From Mobula hypostoma (taxonomy: Eukaryota): a DNA stretch of 64,000 nucleotides. Shown here piece after piece: positions 1 to 11,645 of this stretch. The position numbers and the translations under genes are program-made. Positions within the stretch are counted from its first letter, which is position 1. Each line of letters begins with the position of its first letter. Location of the stretch: positions 73,410,001 through 73,474,000 of the forward strand of contig NC_086108.1 of the NCBI RefSeq assembly GCF_963921235.1, in the 5' to 3' direction. Below the pieces are notes generated by a model, which ran no database searches, was not told where the DNA came from, and was given only the letters and a program-made list of their open reading frames with translations.

Positions 1-605
1 ACACTATTCCATTTGCCACTTTTTTGCCCATTCTTCCAATTTGTCTCAGTCCTGCTGCAATTACATTGCTTTTGCTCAGCACTACCTACCCCTCCACCTA
101 TCTTCATATCATCTACAAACTTTGCCACAAAGTCATCTATTCCACTAGCTTAATCATTGACAAACAATGTGAAAAGTAGCAGACCCAATTCTGACCCCTA
201 AGTAACACCACTAGTCACTGGCAGCCAACCAGAAAAGGCCCCTTTTATTCCCACTCACTGCCTCCTGCCTGTCAGCCATCCCTCTATCCAGGCTAATATC
301 TTTCCTGTAACACCACAGGATTTTATCTTGTTAAGCTGCCTCACGTGTGGCACCTTATCAAACACCTTCTGAAAATCCAAATAAATGACATCTACTGCCT
401 CTTCTTTGTCCACCTTGCTTGTTACTTCCTCAAAGAACTCTAACAGATTTGTCAGGCAAGATTTCCCTTTACAGAAACCATGCTGACTTTGATTTATTTT
501 ATCATTAGTCTCCAAGTACCTCGAAAAGTTATCTTTAATAATAGACTCCAACACTTTCCCATTCACTGAAGTAGGGCTAACTGGCCTGTAATTTCCTTTA
601 TTTCT
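1..605 (-). mobile_element. CR1-clade LINE fragment (RT region), runs off window start
   Basis: ORF 255..566 gives SQHGFCKGKSCLTNLLEFFEEVT...VIYLDFQKVFDKVPH, collinear with ORF2 at 52897. Confidence 0.9.
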
Positions 606-609
606 CCTT

Positions 610-780
610 CTCTGTCCTAGCTGGTCCTTTATCTTCTAGCTGGTCTCCCTTCCCCTCTCCCCATTTTTTCTATTTTGGCGCCTTCCCCCTTCTTTTCCAG
701 TCCTGATGAAGGGTCTCAGCCTAAAGCATCGACTGTTTATTCATTTCCATAGAAGCTGAATTCCTCCAGCACTTTGTGTG
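610..780 (+). mobile_element. Penelope-like element terminal fragment with decayed hammerhead motif
   Basis: Pyrimidine-rich tract then cagtcCTGATGAagggtctcagcctaaagcatcgactg (698-735), homologous to the terminus of the copy at 33758-34748. Confidence 0.75.
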
Positions 781-1365
781 TCTTACTATGTTGCACAAAG
801 TATCTTCCACATTCTCAGACATTTCATCTTATTTTTGAACAGAGTTGTTTCCTGGGAATCGGTTTAATTATTTGGTCTGATGACTTATGCAAAACCACAC
901 TCGGAGCCGCCCTTATTGACAGAATCAGTTTTTCTCCAATTTTATGGGGCTTTCCAGATTTAACAACGAGCAATGAAATGTTGTGTGAAACATGCCACCA
1001 TTGTTTTGTGAAGTGCTAGCAAGCATGTTTTGAAGTGTTTTTTATTTATGAAACTTTTCAGGAGGTGACTGAAAATAAGCCAAGTTCTTTTTTGTTTTAT
1101 CAAAGCGTATTCTCTTCAAATGTTCAAGGAGCATGAACAGTTTCATTGCCTCATTTGAAAAAAAACATTTTCACACAACAAATATATTGGCTGCTGTTGG
1201 TTGCTTGGTGCTGTCATAAATTTATATTTCAGATACTCCACACTATATTGTCTACATTTCTTTTCAGTTTGGTCTTCTTCTGCCATTTTCATTAGAGATT
1301 AATTACCATGGTCAATCTCTGAGCCAATTAATCCTTAGATACTGTTGTTTGTCCAACCTCAAGCA

Positions 1366-1512
1366 CTGTGATTATTAAGTTATGATGTCACGGATTGTGA
1401 TTAAAGTTATGATGTCATGATGTATGTGATTGATAAAGTTATGATGTCATTATGTATGTGATTGATAATGTTATGATGTCATGTGTATGTGATTGATAGT
1501 TATGATGTCATG
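1366..1512. repeat. Minisatellite, ~26-31 bp unit (gttatgatgtcatgatgtatgtgattgataa), about 5 copies
   Basis: Direct tandem repeats visible in the sequence. Confidence 0.85.
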
Positions 1513-2590
1513 TTTGTTTTATTAATAGCATTTGATAAGGTGAAACACAGTTATTTGAAATATTACAGGAAACTCAGCTCTAGATTCGAAAGACCTCCAC
1601 CTAATCAGAAATCTGTACTGGGAACAAACTGCCGCTGTAAGAATAGATGGAGAAGTGAGTCAGTTTACGAAAATTAAGAGAGGCGTTAGACAAGGGGGTG
1701 TTTTCTCCCCTGATTTGTTTAATGTGTACAGTGAGACAATATTACAAAAAATAAGAGACATCTTGGGTATCAAAGTTGGCGGTGAAAACATCAATAATTT
1801 TAGATATGCGGATGACGCTGTGTTAATTGCAAGTACGGAGGAAGAACTACAAAACTTAATCGATATAGTTGTTGAAGAAGGCGCTTAAATGGGTCTATCT
1901 ATCAATTGCAAAAAGACAGAATGTATGATGATATCCAAAAAGAAAGAGAATCCTATCTGCAGGCTGAGAATAAACGGGGAAGACATACAACAAGTACAGA
2001 ACTTTTGCTACTTAGGAAGCTGGGTGACATCAAATGGCAGGTGCGACATGGACATCAAAAGAAGAATAAGGATGGCAAAAGACACCTTTATGAGAATGAA
2101 GAGTATACTGACCAACACTAAACTAGGCATGACAACCCACCTCAAAGCACTGAAATGTTACATTTATCCAGTTATGTTATATGGCTCAGAATGTTGGACA
2201 ATATCTAGTAACATGAGGAAACGAATTGAAGCAGCAGAGATGTGGTTTTTGAGGAGGATGCAAAGAATATCATGGATGAAACGAATATCTAATGAGGATG
2301 TCATGAACAGAGCAAGCACAAAAAGAGAAATTTGTATGAGATCATGAAAAGACAATGTAACCTCATTGGACATGTGATTAGGAAAGAGGAGTTAGAATGC
2401 ACGGTAATTATGAGAAAGATTGAAGGGAAGAAAACAAGAGGAAGCCAAAGACAAATGATGATGGAGACAGCAGCCAGAGAATTGGAAATGAATACCAATG
2501 AATTGATCCACTTGACCTGAAACAGGAGTGTGTAGGCCATGGCAGTCAAAACTCAATTTGGGCATGGTACCTGATTGATGATGATGATGT
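1513..2590 (+). mobile_element. 5'-truncated RTE-clade LINE (RT C-terminal half), degenerate
   Basis: AFDKVKH, RGVRQG.VFSPDLFNVYSE, FRYADD, YLGS, MLYGSECW, EAAEMWFLRRM motifs; (GAT)n tail; TSD ATGATGTCATG at 1502-1512 and 2584-2594. Confidence 0.9.
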
Positions 2591-3360
2591 CATGATGTCT
2601 GAGATTAATAGTTATGATGTCATCATAGCTCAAGGAAAACATGACTGTACCTGAAGGTACGTAAAGTGGGTCAGTGATATCTCATTTAGGCCATGGGCAA
2701 GATAAATGCAGTCAAGGCCATTCGAAAGGACAGCTTCTGGACTTTAACTCATTAAAGCCATACCCTAAGTCACAGGAATTGTGTCACTGCATGATTAAAG
2801 TATGGGAATTGTACTAGATAACACTGTACTACAGAAGTGAATGTCAATAATGTGCGGGCCAGTTCTGGAAATTGCACATTTCTTCAGTTCAGATTTCTCA
2901 TGATATGCCAAATAGAAAAGTGTCATATTGCTTTTCAACAACTATAACATGTTTTGAGTAAGGTCTGTATAATAAGTAATTCATTTCTTAAACTAAGCCT
3001 GTAACCCTCAGCTGCCCTCCTTGTAACCAAGTGTCCCCAATGCCCCCTTTATCTTTATCATCCCCCTTAGAAACTCCCACCAGCCCCAGGGCAATATCGC
3101 CCACTTTGGGAACCACTAGACTAATATTTTCCCAGCCTGAAGTGAGGGACTCCTTTTGTTGCAGTAGAAGAGACATCAAAGAGGTCTGTGAGATTTCAGT
3201 AATATTGAGGGAATTCAGTTTAAAGATTTGGCAGCTCTTTATAAGTGAATAAAAATGCACTTAAGTATAAACTAAATAAAGAAAAGCACAGTTACTGCCC
3301 CAGCAACAGAACAACTGGCATCCAGGGAATCATCGACAACAGCATTTACAAGTGGGATTG

Positions 3361-4824
3361 CAGACATCCCACCCTGCAAAAACTCATTTCAGGGAGGCAG
3401 CACCCCCGTCCCCCGCAACCCCATATCCCCTCACCACCGGTCGACCTTCAAGGGTGTATGTAATACTTTGCTTAGTGATTTTGTCTAATCTGTAAACCAA
3501 GTTGGGTATATGCAGAAAATGTGACATTAAAATAGGTACTTACATTATATTATATTATCATGTTTATTCTATTACAACTTTAAGCAAGTCTACAGGGTGT
3601 TTGGCATCATCACGTAGGAAATCAATAGCGTAGCTCCTTAGCAGCCAGCCAGCTAGTTTAAATAACGTTAGCTATGCTAATGAACGAATCACACTTGTTA
3701 AACTCACCTCAACATGTCTTCTACATTTTAACTCACCATGGACAATAGAAAAGTCACTGTTGCAAACAGTGCAGCGAGCAACATTGTCATTATTTTTGAG
3801 GTCGGCTGTAAAGCCCGCCCACAAAGAAAACTGATAGGTCTACTTAGCAGGGGTCCCCAACCTTCTTTGCACCGCGGACCAGTTTAGTATTGTCAATATT
3901 CTTGCGGTGGCCGACTGGGTGGGGGGGGGGGGGCGGGGTGTTAATCACGACCGGAATATAGGTGATAAGTCAACTATAAGTCACTTATAAGTGGCTAATA
4001 CACTCAATTTCATTCCTAAAAGGGTTTATCTAACGAATTTAATATTAAACACACAGAGCACATTTTCCTTGTATGAATATAGTGATGTCAATTATAAATC
4101 AATAGCATCATAACATTTTAAATAACATTTGAATATTAAACACACAGTGCATATTTTCATTGTATGAACATATAAAATCATTGCAACACACCAATATCAC
4201 TGAATCAGTGGAAGACCTGGGCTTGTTTTCCTGCAACAAGACGGTGCCATCGAGGGGAGATGGGAGACAGCGATACTCGAAGGGGGTTCCTTATGTCCAG
4301 TCTATTCCGCAATTTTGTTTTTGTTGCACTCATTGCAAAAAACCCTGCTTCACAGAGGTATGTTGGAATTGGAAGCAACGTTTTCAGTGCTTCCGTGACT
4401 ATCTCAGGATATTCAGCCTTGACTTTGATCCAGAATGCCGTCAGAGGTGTTATGTCAAACATACTTTTCAGCCCACCGTCATCTGCAAGCTCGAGGAGAT
4501 TGATCTTCTTCCCGCGCTGACATGGATGACGTGCGCATAATGACCTCGCGTGCGTTCAAGTTCAACAGTGCGTGATGGGGAATGAGGAAAGGTGCAGCTG
4601 ACTCATATCGATTCATATCGCCAAATCATATTGTTTCCTCGCAGCCCGGTGCTTGGGGACCACTCTTAGCATGAAGAGAGACCAATCAGGATGCTCGCTC
4701 TCCCTCTCCCTCTCTTTCTCAAAAAAATTATTTTCCAGGATATTGTATATAATTTCCGGGCGTCAGGGAGCCACTATCAAAATGTGGAAGACTCCCTGAA
4801 CTTCCAGGAGAGGTGGAATGTCTG
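3361..4824. mobile_element. Non-autonomous DNA transposon with 13-bp TIR and apparent 6-bp TSD; hosts a nested Charlie-like element
   Basis: CAGACATCCCACC (3361) and GGTGGAATGTCTG (4812-4824); GGATTG on both flanks (3355-3360, 4825-4830). Confidence 0.7.
3848..4664 (-). mobile_element. hAT Charlie3/MER1-like internally deleted element
   Basis: TIRs CAGGGGTCCCCAA / TTGGGGACCACT; ORF 4205..4462 is a hAT C-terminal dimerisation domain (FW...EYPE...TYLCEAGF...KTKLRNRL). Confidence 0.85.
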
Positions 4825-7349
4825 GGATTGTGATGCTTGTGGTACTGTCAGCCATTTATAGAGGCAGGGGAGCAAGTTGCTTTATTGATTATGAACAAGT
4901 GAGGATTGCATTTACAAAGGTTGGCAGCCATTCAGCCAGTCGGAGAGTGTCTGTACAACATTTAACTTGATGAGAATTGAGGCTAGTTAGGTCTGAACTT
5001 TCCATCACCATGTTCACATATGCATCCATCAGACGGGGTGACCATGGACAGTCAGAGTCCAGGTTGAAGACTTGGATAATTTTAGTATTCCCTGCCTGTC
5101 AACTTTGGTCCAACTACTACTGGAGGAAAATAAGCAACATAGAGTAATTCATGAGCAAAATACCGCAGATTCTTGAAATCTGATATAAAATGTGAGAGTG
5201 GAATAGTTGCAATGCCTAGAGATAATAGAGATATGGGGGTAATTTTAGTGGTAAGAGCCCATAGCTGAGGGGGGTGATAATCTGAGAGCTAGTAGGCAGC
5301 CTCTGGGTTTGCAAAAGTGGTGATAATTCAAGACTGAGCAGATGCTGACTCTGATAAACATCTGAGATGATAAGAAAGTACAGACCTCCCAAGGCTGGCT
5401 GACGACTTCAAGAACATGGAATGCCCTGAGAATAATAATAAGCAGATTATGTATGTATGAGAAGGAGACATTGTCAATATCTTTGCTGCTGTACAAACTA
5501 CTCTTCTGTATCCTGGCTTTCTTACATACTAATTTTATTTAATCTCACTTATTGAGATTATAAAGATATGAAATCATAGCAGTTCAAAGAAATTGTAAGT
5601 AAACTCCCTTGAGCAATCAAAAACTTAGTCCATGCATCCTAATAAGTTAGTCATTTGTGAATTTTTTTATGCTTGGTTTCTATTCATTTAATAAAAAATG
5701 GTGATAAGATTGTCTTTGACTTTATACGCCTATATTCATGAAATAGGATAGAATTGCCCCTGCAGCCCATTTCACACCAGCTAAATTAATGAAGAGATGC
5801 AGTTTGGATATCTTCGTATCACTCAGAACAGTTGTACAATAAACCTTTAAGATGGTAGGAAGTAGATGTCTTGAAGAAAATTCAGAAGAGCTGTTTTATA
5901 ATAAATTGGAATTTAGTGCAATGGATTTGAGTTCACCAGCTTATAGCTCAATATGATAAACTCAGCAATCTTAGCTGAGTTCTGCTTCTTTGACACAGCT
6001 TTACTGCTTAAAAATGTAATTGTAGAACATTATTTTTTTTGGTATTTTTCCATTGAAAATTGATCTATTACAGTGAAGTGTGATAATAATAATTTTCAAA
6101 AGCTTTTGTAATATTCCAGAAATTCATTCAGTTACTTCTTGACGTCTTCGTTAACCAGAGACTGATACAATGCATGAGATGACTTTACTCATTTTGGCCC
6201 ATTGCAGGTGAGACTTTAAGGTCACATTGTCTGGAGGCATTTCATCAGAGGGCACTCCTGGAACAAGAGAGATTTACCAGCATAGTGCTAGTGAGGATAT
6301 AACACAGAGAGCCAGGTAACTGAATGACTTAAATTTACATATGGGCCAGACTCTACACTATGTTTTTCCTCATTGTCATACCTCCCAATGTTCAATCCCA
6401 TATGTAGCCACACATGACCCCATAGTCACATCTATGAAAAATCCTTAAACCCGATGGCCTTGTGATGGTCTTATACCTTTCTGCTCTCCCCACCCCAGCC
6501 CTGCAGTTGCCCAATCATTGGTCATCCTCCATCACATTCAAAACTCCAAATTTGATCCTTGATTCCAATCCTCTCCTCAAACAAATTACCGGTCTGATAA
6601 ACCCAACCCCACTTCCACTACGAAACCTGTCACCAAAATGCCAACAATCAAAGTGGTGATATATGATGCACTTTATTGTGCACCCATAGAGAAACCCATA
6701 TTGGATCCATTGGAATTTCTGCAGCTGGCATTAAAACTTTAAGCTCTAAAGAATCAATCCAGCCATACAATCTTCAGAATTTTTAATGAAAATACACAAA
6801 AAAAATTGGGCAAATTCCAGTCTGCGAAAGGTTGATGTGAACAATTTTCTGCAAATTCTATGAATCTCACCTGTACCAACCATATTAATTTAGACTTGCA
6901 TCTATGTATTGAATTCTTATCAATCTGCCTTTTGTAAAGTTAAACTACCAAAAAGCCAAGTATTGTTAAAATTACAGAAACAACTGTGACATTTCATTAG
7001 CAGCTCTCTCTGCTACCACTCTAACTGAAGACTGTCCAAGGCATTCTCATTCACTGATTACTGCTTCTGATTTCTGCTTCATAATGTGGAAGAATCAGAA
7101 ATGCAAAACATCTCTTCAAGCTCTGTTTTATACTGTATTCCTTCGGTGCTGAAATTAATGTCTTTGTCCAACTTCCCACTCAAGCCCTGTCTTACATCTT
7201 CTCTCTCTACTTAGAAAGGAAAGGCACATACTATGCCTATGCTTGCTTAATCTCTTGTACATAATTAAATGCTGGTTTGACATTATTTGTCTCTGTTTTT
7301 CAAGATATGGCATTCATTTAGTGGCCATAATATTTGTAAATGTAGGTGT

Positions 7350-7615
7350 TTTATTTAGAGATACAGTGTGGACCAAGCCCTTCCACCCAACAAGCTGCAC
7401 CACCCAGCAACCAACCCAGTTAACCTGAGCGTAGTCACAAAACAATTCACAATGCCCAATTTATCTACTAATTGCTAGGTCTTTGGACTGTGGGAGGAAA
7501 CCAGAGCAACTGGAGGAAACTCATGTGGTTCACGGGGAGAATGTACAAATTCTTTACAGACACCTGACTTGAACTTTGAACTCCAGAACATCTAGAGCTC
7601 TAATAGCATCATGCT
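7350..7615 (-). mobile_element. HE1/V-SINE-like SINE
   Basis: Core tctttggactgtgggaggaaaccagagca..tggaggaaac...cacggggagaatgtacaaa (V-SINE-type central domain, reverse); same family as 10228-10525. Confidence 0.7.
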
Positions 7616-8169
7616 ATTTAAAATCCGTCTGATCAATCCTACTTTTACTTTTATTTATTAATGAAGGGTCCAATGATTTGTTTCAAGCACAGCTGAAAGG
7701 TTACCATATCCAATATTGCAATTGGAATTTTTGCAACACAAGTTAGGCGTCATTGGGCAAAGCACATGATTCATCCCCTATGTTTCTTTTATGCTACACG
7801 AAGCCCAGTGGTGAACCAGGGACTTGTTGAGTCCCTGGATTTATTCTTAGTTTTGCTGCTCTCAGACCGTGCATAAGATTGGACCTGATGTGGGATCCAA
7901 CAATCTATTCACTTCGGAGGAGTTAACACACTTGGCACAAAGGAAGATAAGAACACATGAATTCCAATCTTTTTTTGTCATTGTAGTAATTCATCAATGA
8001 GCCAAAAGTGATTTCATTTTTAAATATTTTAACATTATAATAAATTTAATCACAATTCATTGCTTATTTCATTTTTCATACCTGCTGAAAGTCTTTCACA
8101 GGTTTGATAGACACTAAAACTAGGGGGTGCAGTGAGAGATTACTTCAGCAGTTCCTTAGCCAAGGCTTA

Positions 8170-8420
8170 GAACACTGAACATAGAACAAACAATACAGCA
8201 CAATTCAGGCCTTTTGATCAACAATGTACTGCCAGCTTATATAAAACTACTCCACAATGCCTTTCCTCCTACACAGACATAACCCTCCATTTTCCTTACA
8301 TCCATATGCCTACAAAAGAGTCTATCAAAGGCACCTATTTGATCAGCCTGTACCATCACCCCTGGCAATGCACTCCAGGCACCTACCACTCTCTCAGTAA
8401 ACAGCCTACCCCTAACAGAT
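8170..8420 (-). mobile_element. CR1 3' end fragment
   Basis: catagaac..tacagcacaa..caggcc tail signature and cacccctggcaatgcactccaggcacctaccactct (WN.LP region), as in other CR1 ends. Confidence 0.7.
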
Positions 8421-9066
8421 CCTGAATATCATGTAGGTTCTGGTCCAACCCACATGACTATGTTGTGTTCAGGCCTTACCACAGCTCATGGTCAGGGTTA
8501 TACATGACTAATTTTAGGAAATTGTATGTCTTTATGTTGCAAGTAAGTGGTTATTTTACACTTGATTTCAACTCCAAAGGATGTATTAAACTAAATTGCA
8601 TCAATTTTGAATTGTAAAGATTTAAGGTGGATATAAACACCCCCAGTAGGCAGATATATTCTTGTATATTTGCAATTCATCATCTTAGTGGTCCAAGAGA
8701 ATAAATTTAATGGGATTGCCAATTATAAAAAAAAATGAGCATCATTAAAAATGGTCCAATCAATCCTATTAACAAGAATTATATAGTCTTATATAAAAAT
8801 TAACATACATATTTCCAGGAATCAGCTAGTGTGCATTGCTTGTAGATTACATTTCTCTCGTAGATTACACTGCTACTTTCACAAGTAAATAAATACACAT
8901 TATATTTCAAGAAATAAAGGGCAATCAATTATTCCTATGAATAAATCACCAGTGTTTCTGTGTAAATAATAAATAAATGGAAGCACATGATTATTATTGG
9001 TTCAGTTAATAAAATGATTCTCAGACTTTCAGGTGCAGGCTGTCTTTTCACTTTGTTCAGTATAAT

Positions 9067-9515
9067 CAAAGTTCAAAGTAAATTGAATCATATACTGCCT
9101 TGAGATTCATTTTCTTGCAGGCATACACAGTAGAAGAAAATACAATATAATCATTGAAAATCTACACACAATGAAAGACCGACAAATAACCAAAGTGCAG
9201 ATAAAAAATGACTGAATAAGTAAATAAATAGAAAAGACAGCATGAATTGTAGAGTCCTCAAAAGTAAGTCTGTAGGTTGTAGAATCTGTTCAGAGTTGAG
9301 GTCAGTGAAGTTAGCCACTCTGGTTCAGAAGCCTGATTGTTAAAGGTCAATAACTGTTCCTGAACCTGATGGTGTGGGACCTAAGGATCCTGTACCTTTT
9401 TCCCACTGGCAGCAGTGAGAAGAGAGCATGGCCTGGATAGTGAGGATGTTGGTTGCTGCTTTCCTGGGACAGCACTTCTTGTGGGTGTGCTCTGTGGTGG
9501 GAAGGGATTTTCCGG
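9067..9515 (-). mobile_element. Rex1/Babar-type LINE 3' fragment
   Basis: aaagttcaaagtaaatt...tgagattcattttcttgcaggcat tail and taactgttcctgaacctg (RFRNSY) shared with 28670 and 38475 copies. Confidence 0.7.
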
Positions 9516-9779
9516 TTTAGATTGGCAAAATTGAATTAAAGGAGTTTTTGGCCTTATCAATCACTTATTCAGTTCAGAAGTAGTAATGTCTGGTATATAT
9601 GTGTGGGCACCAATGATATTTTGATGGTTCTAGAACAAGCAAGAGCAAACATTTGGTAGGAACCTTGTCCTAGCAAGTTCATAACTTCACAAACATGCAT
9701 ACCATCTTGCCTACATCCACCAGCATAAAATAGCCATATTATGAGAGAAAGTAAATGGGAGAAATAGGATTGGCAATTA

Positions 9780-9933
9780 CAGGTCGACCTTCACTAATCC
9801 GACTACCTGTAATCCGGTTCCTTCGATAATCCGGCACTGATTATGCTTAATGTGATCCTTCTGCAATTCGGCATTTTCATTAATCCGGCACCCCTCAGGT
9901 CCCATTGGTGCCGGATTAGTGAAGGTCGACCTG
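9780..9933. mobile_element. Tc1/mariner-pogo (Tigger-like) MITE
   Basis: Perfect 22-bp TIR CAGGTCGACCTTCACTAATCCG; TA on both sides (9778-9779, 9934-9935); internal TAATCCGG repeats. Confidence 0.9.
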
Positions 9934-10227
9934 TAATTAGATCTGATTTATTTTGGACATTTGTTTTTCCAACATCATCTGAACTGCAAATTATTCGCAC
10001 GAAGCTGCAGGCTTAAAATAAATGATGGACATTCACAGGAACATAGCATTTCAACTCTGTTATATGCAGCTAAGAAAATTGTCTGACCAGAATATCATCC
10101 ACAATCAGGGAGGAGATTCCAGAAAAAGACACATCTAACCTAACTTATTAAATGTGGAAAAACTAGATCATTGTATTTCACTGCACATTGATTATGTAAT
10201 ATACATTCTACATTTCATTTGATTTTT

Positions 10228-10525
10228 ATTTATTTATTTAGAGGTATAGTGCGGAGTAGGCCCTTGTGGCCCTTTGAGCCATGCGGCCTAGCAACCCTCG
10301 ATTTAACCCTAGTCGAATCATGCAAAAATTTACAAAGACCAATTAACCTATTAACCAGTACAATACATCTTTGGACTGTGGGAGGAAACCAGAGCACCTG
10401 GAGAAAACCCACACATTCCACAGAAAGGACAGACAAATTCCATACAGAGGATGCCAGAATCGAACTCCAAGCACTGACACCCGGAGTTGTAATAGCATCA
10501 CACTAACCTCTTACGCTACCGTGGA
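10228..10525 (-). mobile_element. HE1/V-SINE-like SINE
   Basis: (TTAT)n tail, core ctttggactgtgggaggaaaccagagcacctggagaaaacccac, tRNA-like head remnant near 10450-10525. Confidence 0.75.
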
Positions 10526-11155
10526 AACCAAAGGTAGTCAGAAAAAGAAAATAGCTCTGAGAAAGGACATTCACACTTCATTCAATCTGGAGTAAATTTT
10601 CCGAGTAGAAAATGTACTGATTTTGGACAGGATTTCCTCTTAGTTGTGTGGGTGTGCAGACATGCAGTAACTGAAATGTTCCTGCACACACGCCTTCTGT
10701 TGCCAAACAGTTGTATTTTTTTATATAATGTTAATTTAAAGAGCTATGCAGTTTTCAGGCCATGTAAAAACTTCCTGCTCAGAGCAATGGCTGGTCCAAC
10801 CCAGCTGTAAAAAAATTAGAGGAAACACTGATTTGAACACTACCTGAGCAATAAACTCCCCCATATAATACTTGTCAATATAGCCAGGAATTGAGAGTGT
10901 GAATTTAGATTCTGTGAATGCAAGGAAATGCATTGTACTTTAGCTTTTTGAAACTTCTGCAACACAAAGACTGACAGGATAAATCTGGCTATTGTCTGTA
11001 AATTAGTATTTAAATGCAACTGGATATCTAAACAAGGTGAAAAATAATAGGCTTTAGAATGATCCGGAAATGCAAACATAAAAAAAAACACATAGCAATT
11101 TCCATGACCTTGGGACTTTACAGTCAATGAGATATTACTGAAATGTAGCAAAAAT

Positions 11156-11252
11156 CCAGGGAGTGGGAAGCGCAGAATCAAATATCGCTGTGATGATTGT
11201 ACATTCTAGTACCAATTGTTTGGCGACGATAAAGTATAAAGTATAAAAGTAT
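11156..11252 (+). mobile_element. ~95-bp Rex1-type LINE 3' tail
   Basis: Matches the reverse complement of 39066-39155; ends in (AAAGTAT)n. Confidence 0.8.
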
Positions 11253-11469
11253 GTGGGAAACAAACTTGCCAGGGAAATGCTGAAATCACAACGTTTACAA
11301 ACAATATGTTTTTTTATATATTCTAAACTACATCCACTGAGATTATTTCTGTATCTGTATCTGAGATCCCTAGTTAATTCATGTTTTTCTTAATTATACA
11401 TAAATTCCCAAGGAAATTACTTTCTTCGGACTACATGTTACTTTTCTGCACATATGCCTGTGTGATGTC

Positions 11470-11645
11470 TAAAACACAAATAGAAAATGCTGGAAATACT
11501 CAACAGGTCAGGCCACATCTCTTGAAGAGAAACAGAGTTAGTATTTTAGATTGGGATTTATGTTTTCTTTTAAATTTTGTCCCAAAAGGTTGACTCTGTT
11601 TCATTTCTCACAGATGATGCCTGACCTGCCAGTTATTTCCACATA
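11470..11645. repeat. Inverted pair of old Penelope-type termini
   Basis: Arm 11490-11540 (tggaaatactcaacaggtcagg..catct...gaaacagagtta) is an imperfect reverse complement of 11590-11642. Confidence 0.6.

Larger units (their letters stand above)
780..3118 (-). mobile_element. hAT (Buster/Charlie type) transposon 5' remnant, interrupted by a minisatellite and an RTE insertion
   Basis: Minus strand near 1230-1265 encodes KKCRQYSVEYLKY; collinear with 16190-17705; end TTTGGGAACCACTA at ~3105-3118 resembles a Buster TIR. Confidence 0.8.

Noticed and set aside
698..735. Functional hammerhead ribozyme
   Set aside because: The GAAA core is mutated (cctaaagcatc); treated as a decayed copy.
4878..5030. 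Short minus-strand ORF followed by AATAAA (possible terminal exon)
   Set aside because: About 46 codons, no recognisable homology and no convincing splice acceptor.
6208..6315. Possible exon (ttgcag|...ccag|gtaact)
   Set aside because: Stop codons in all three frames.
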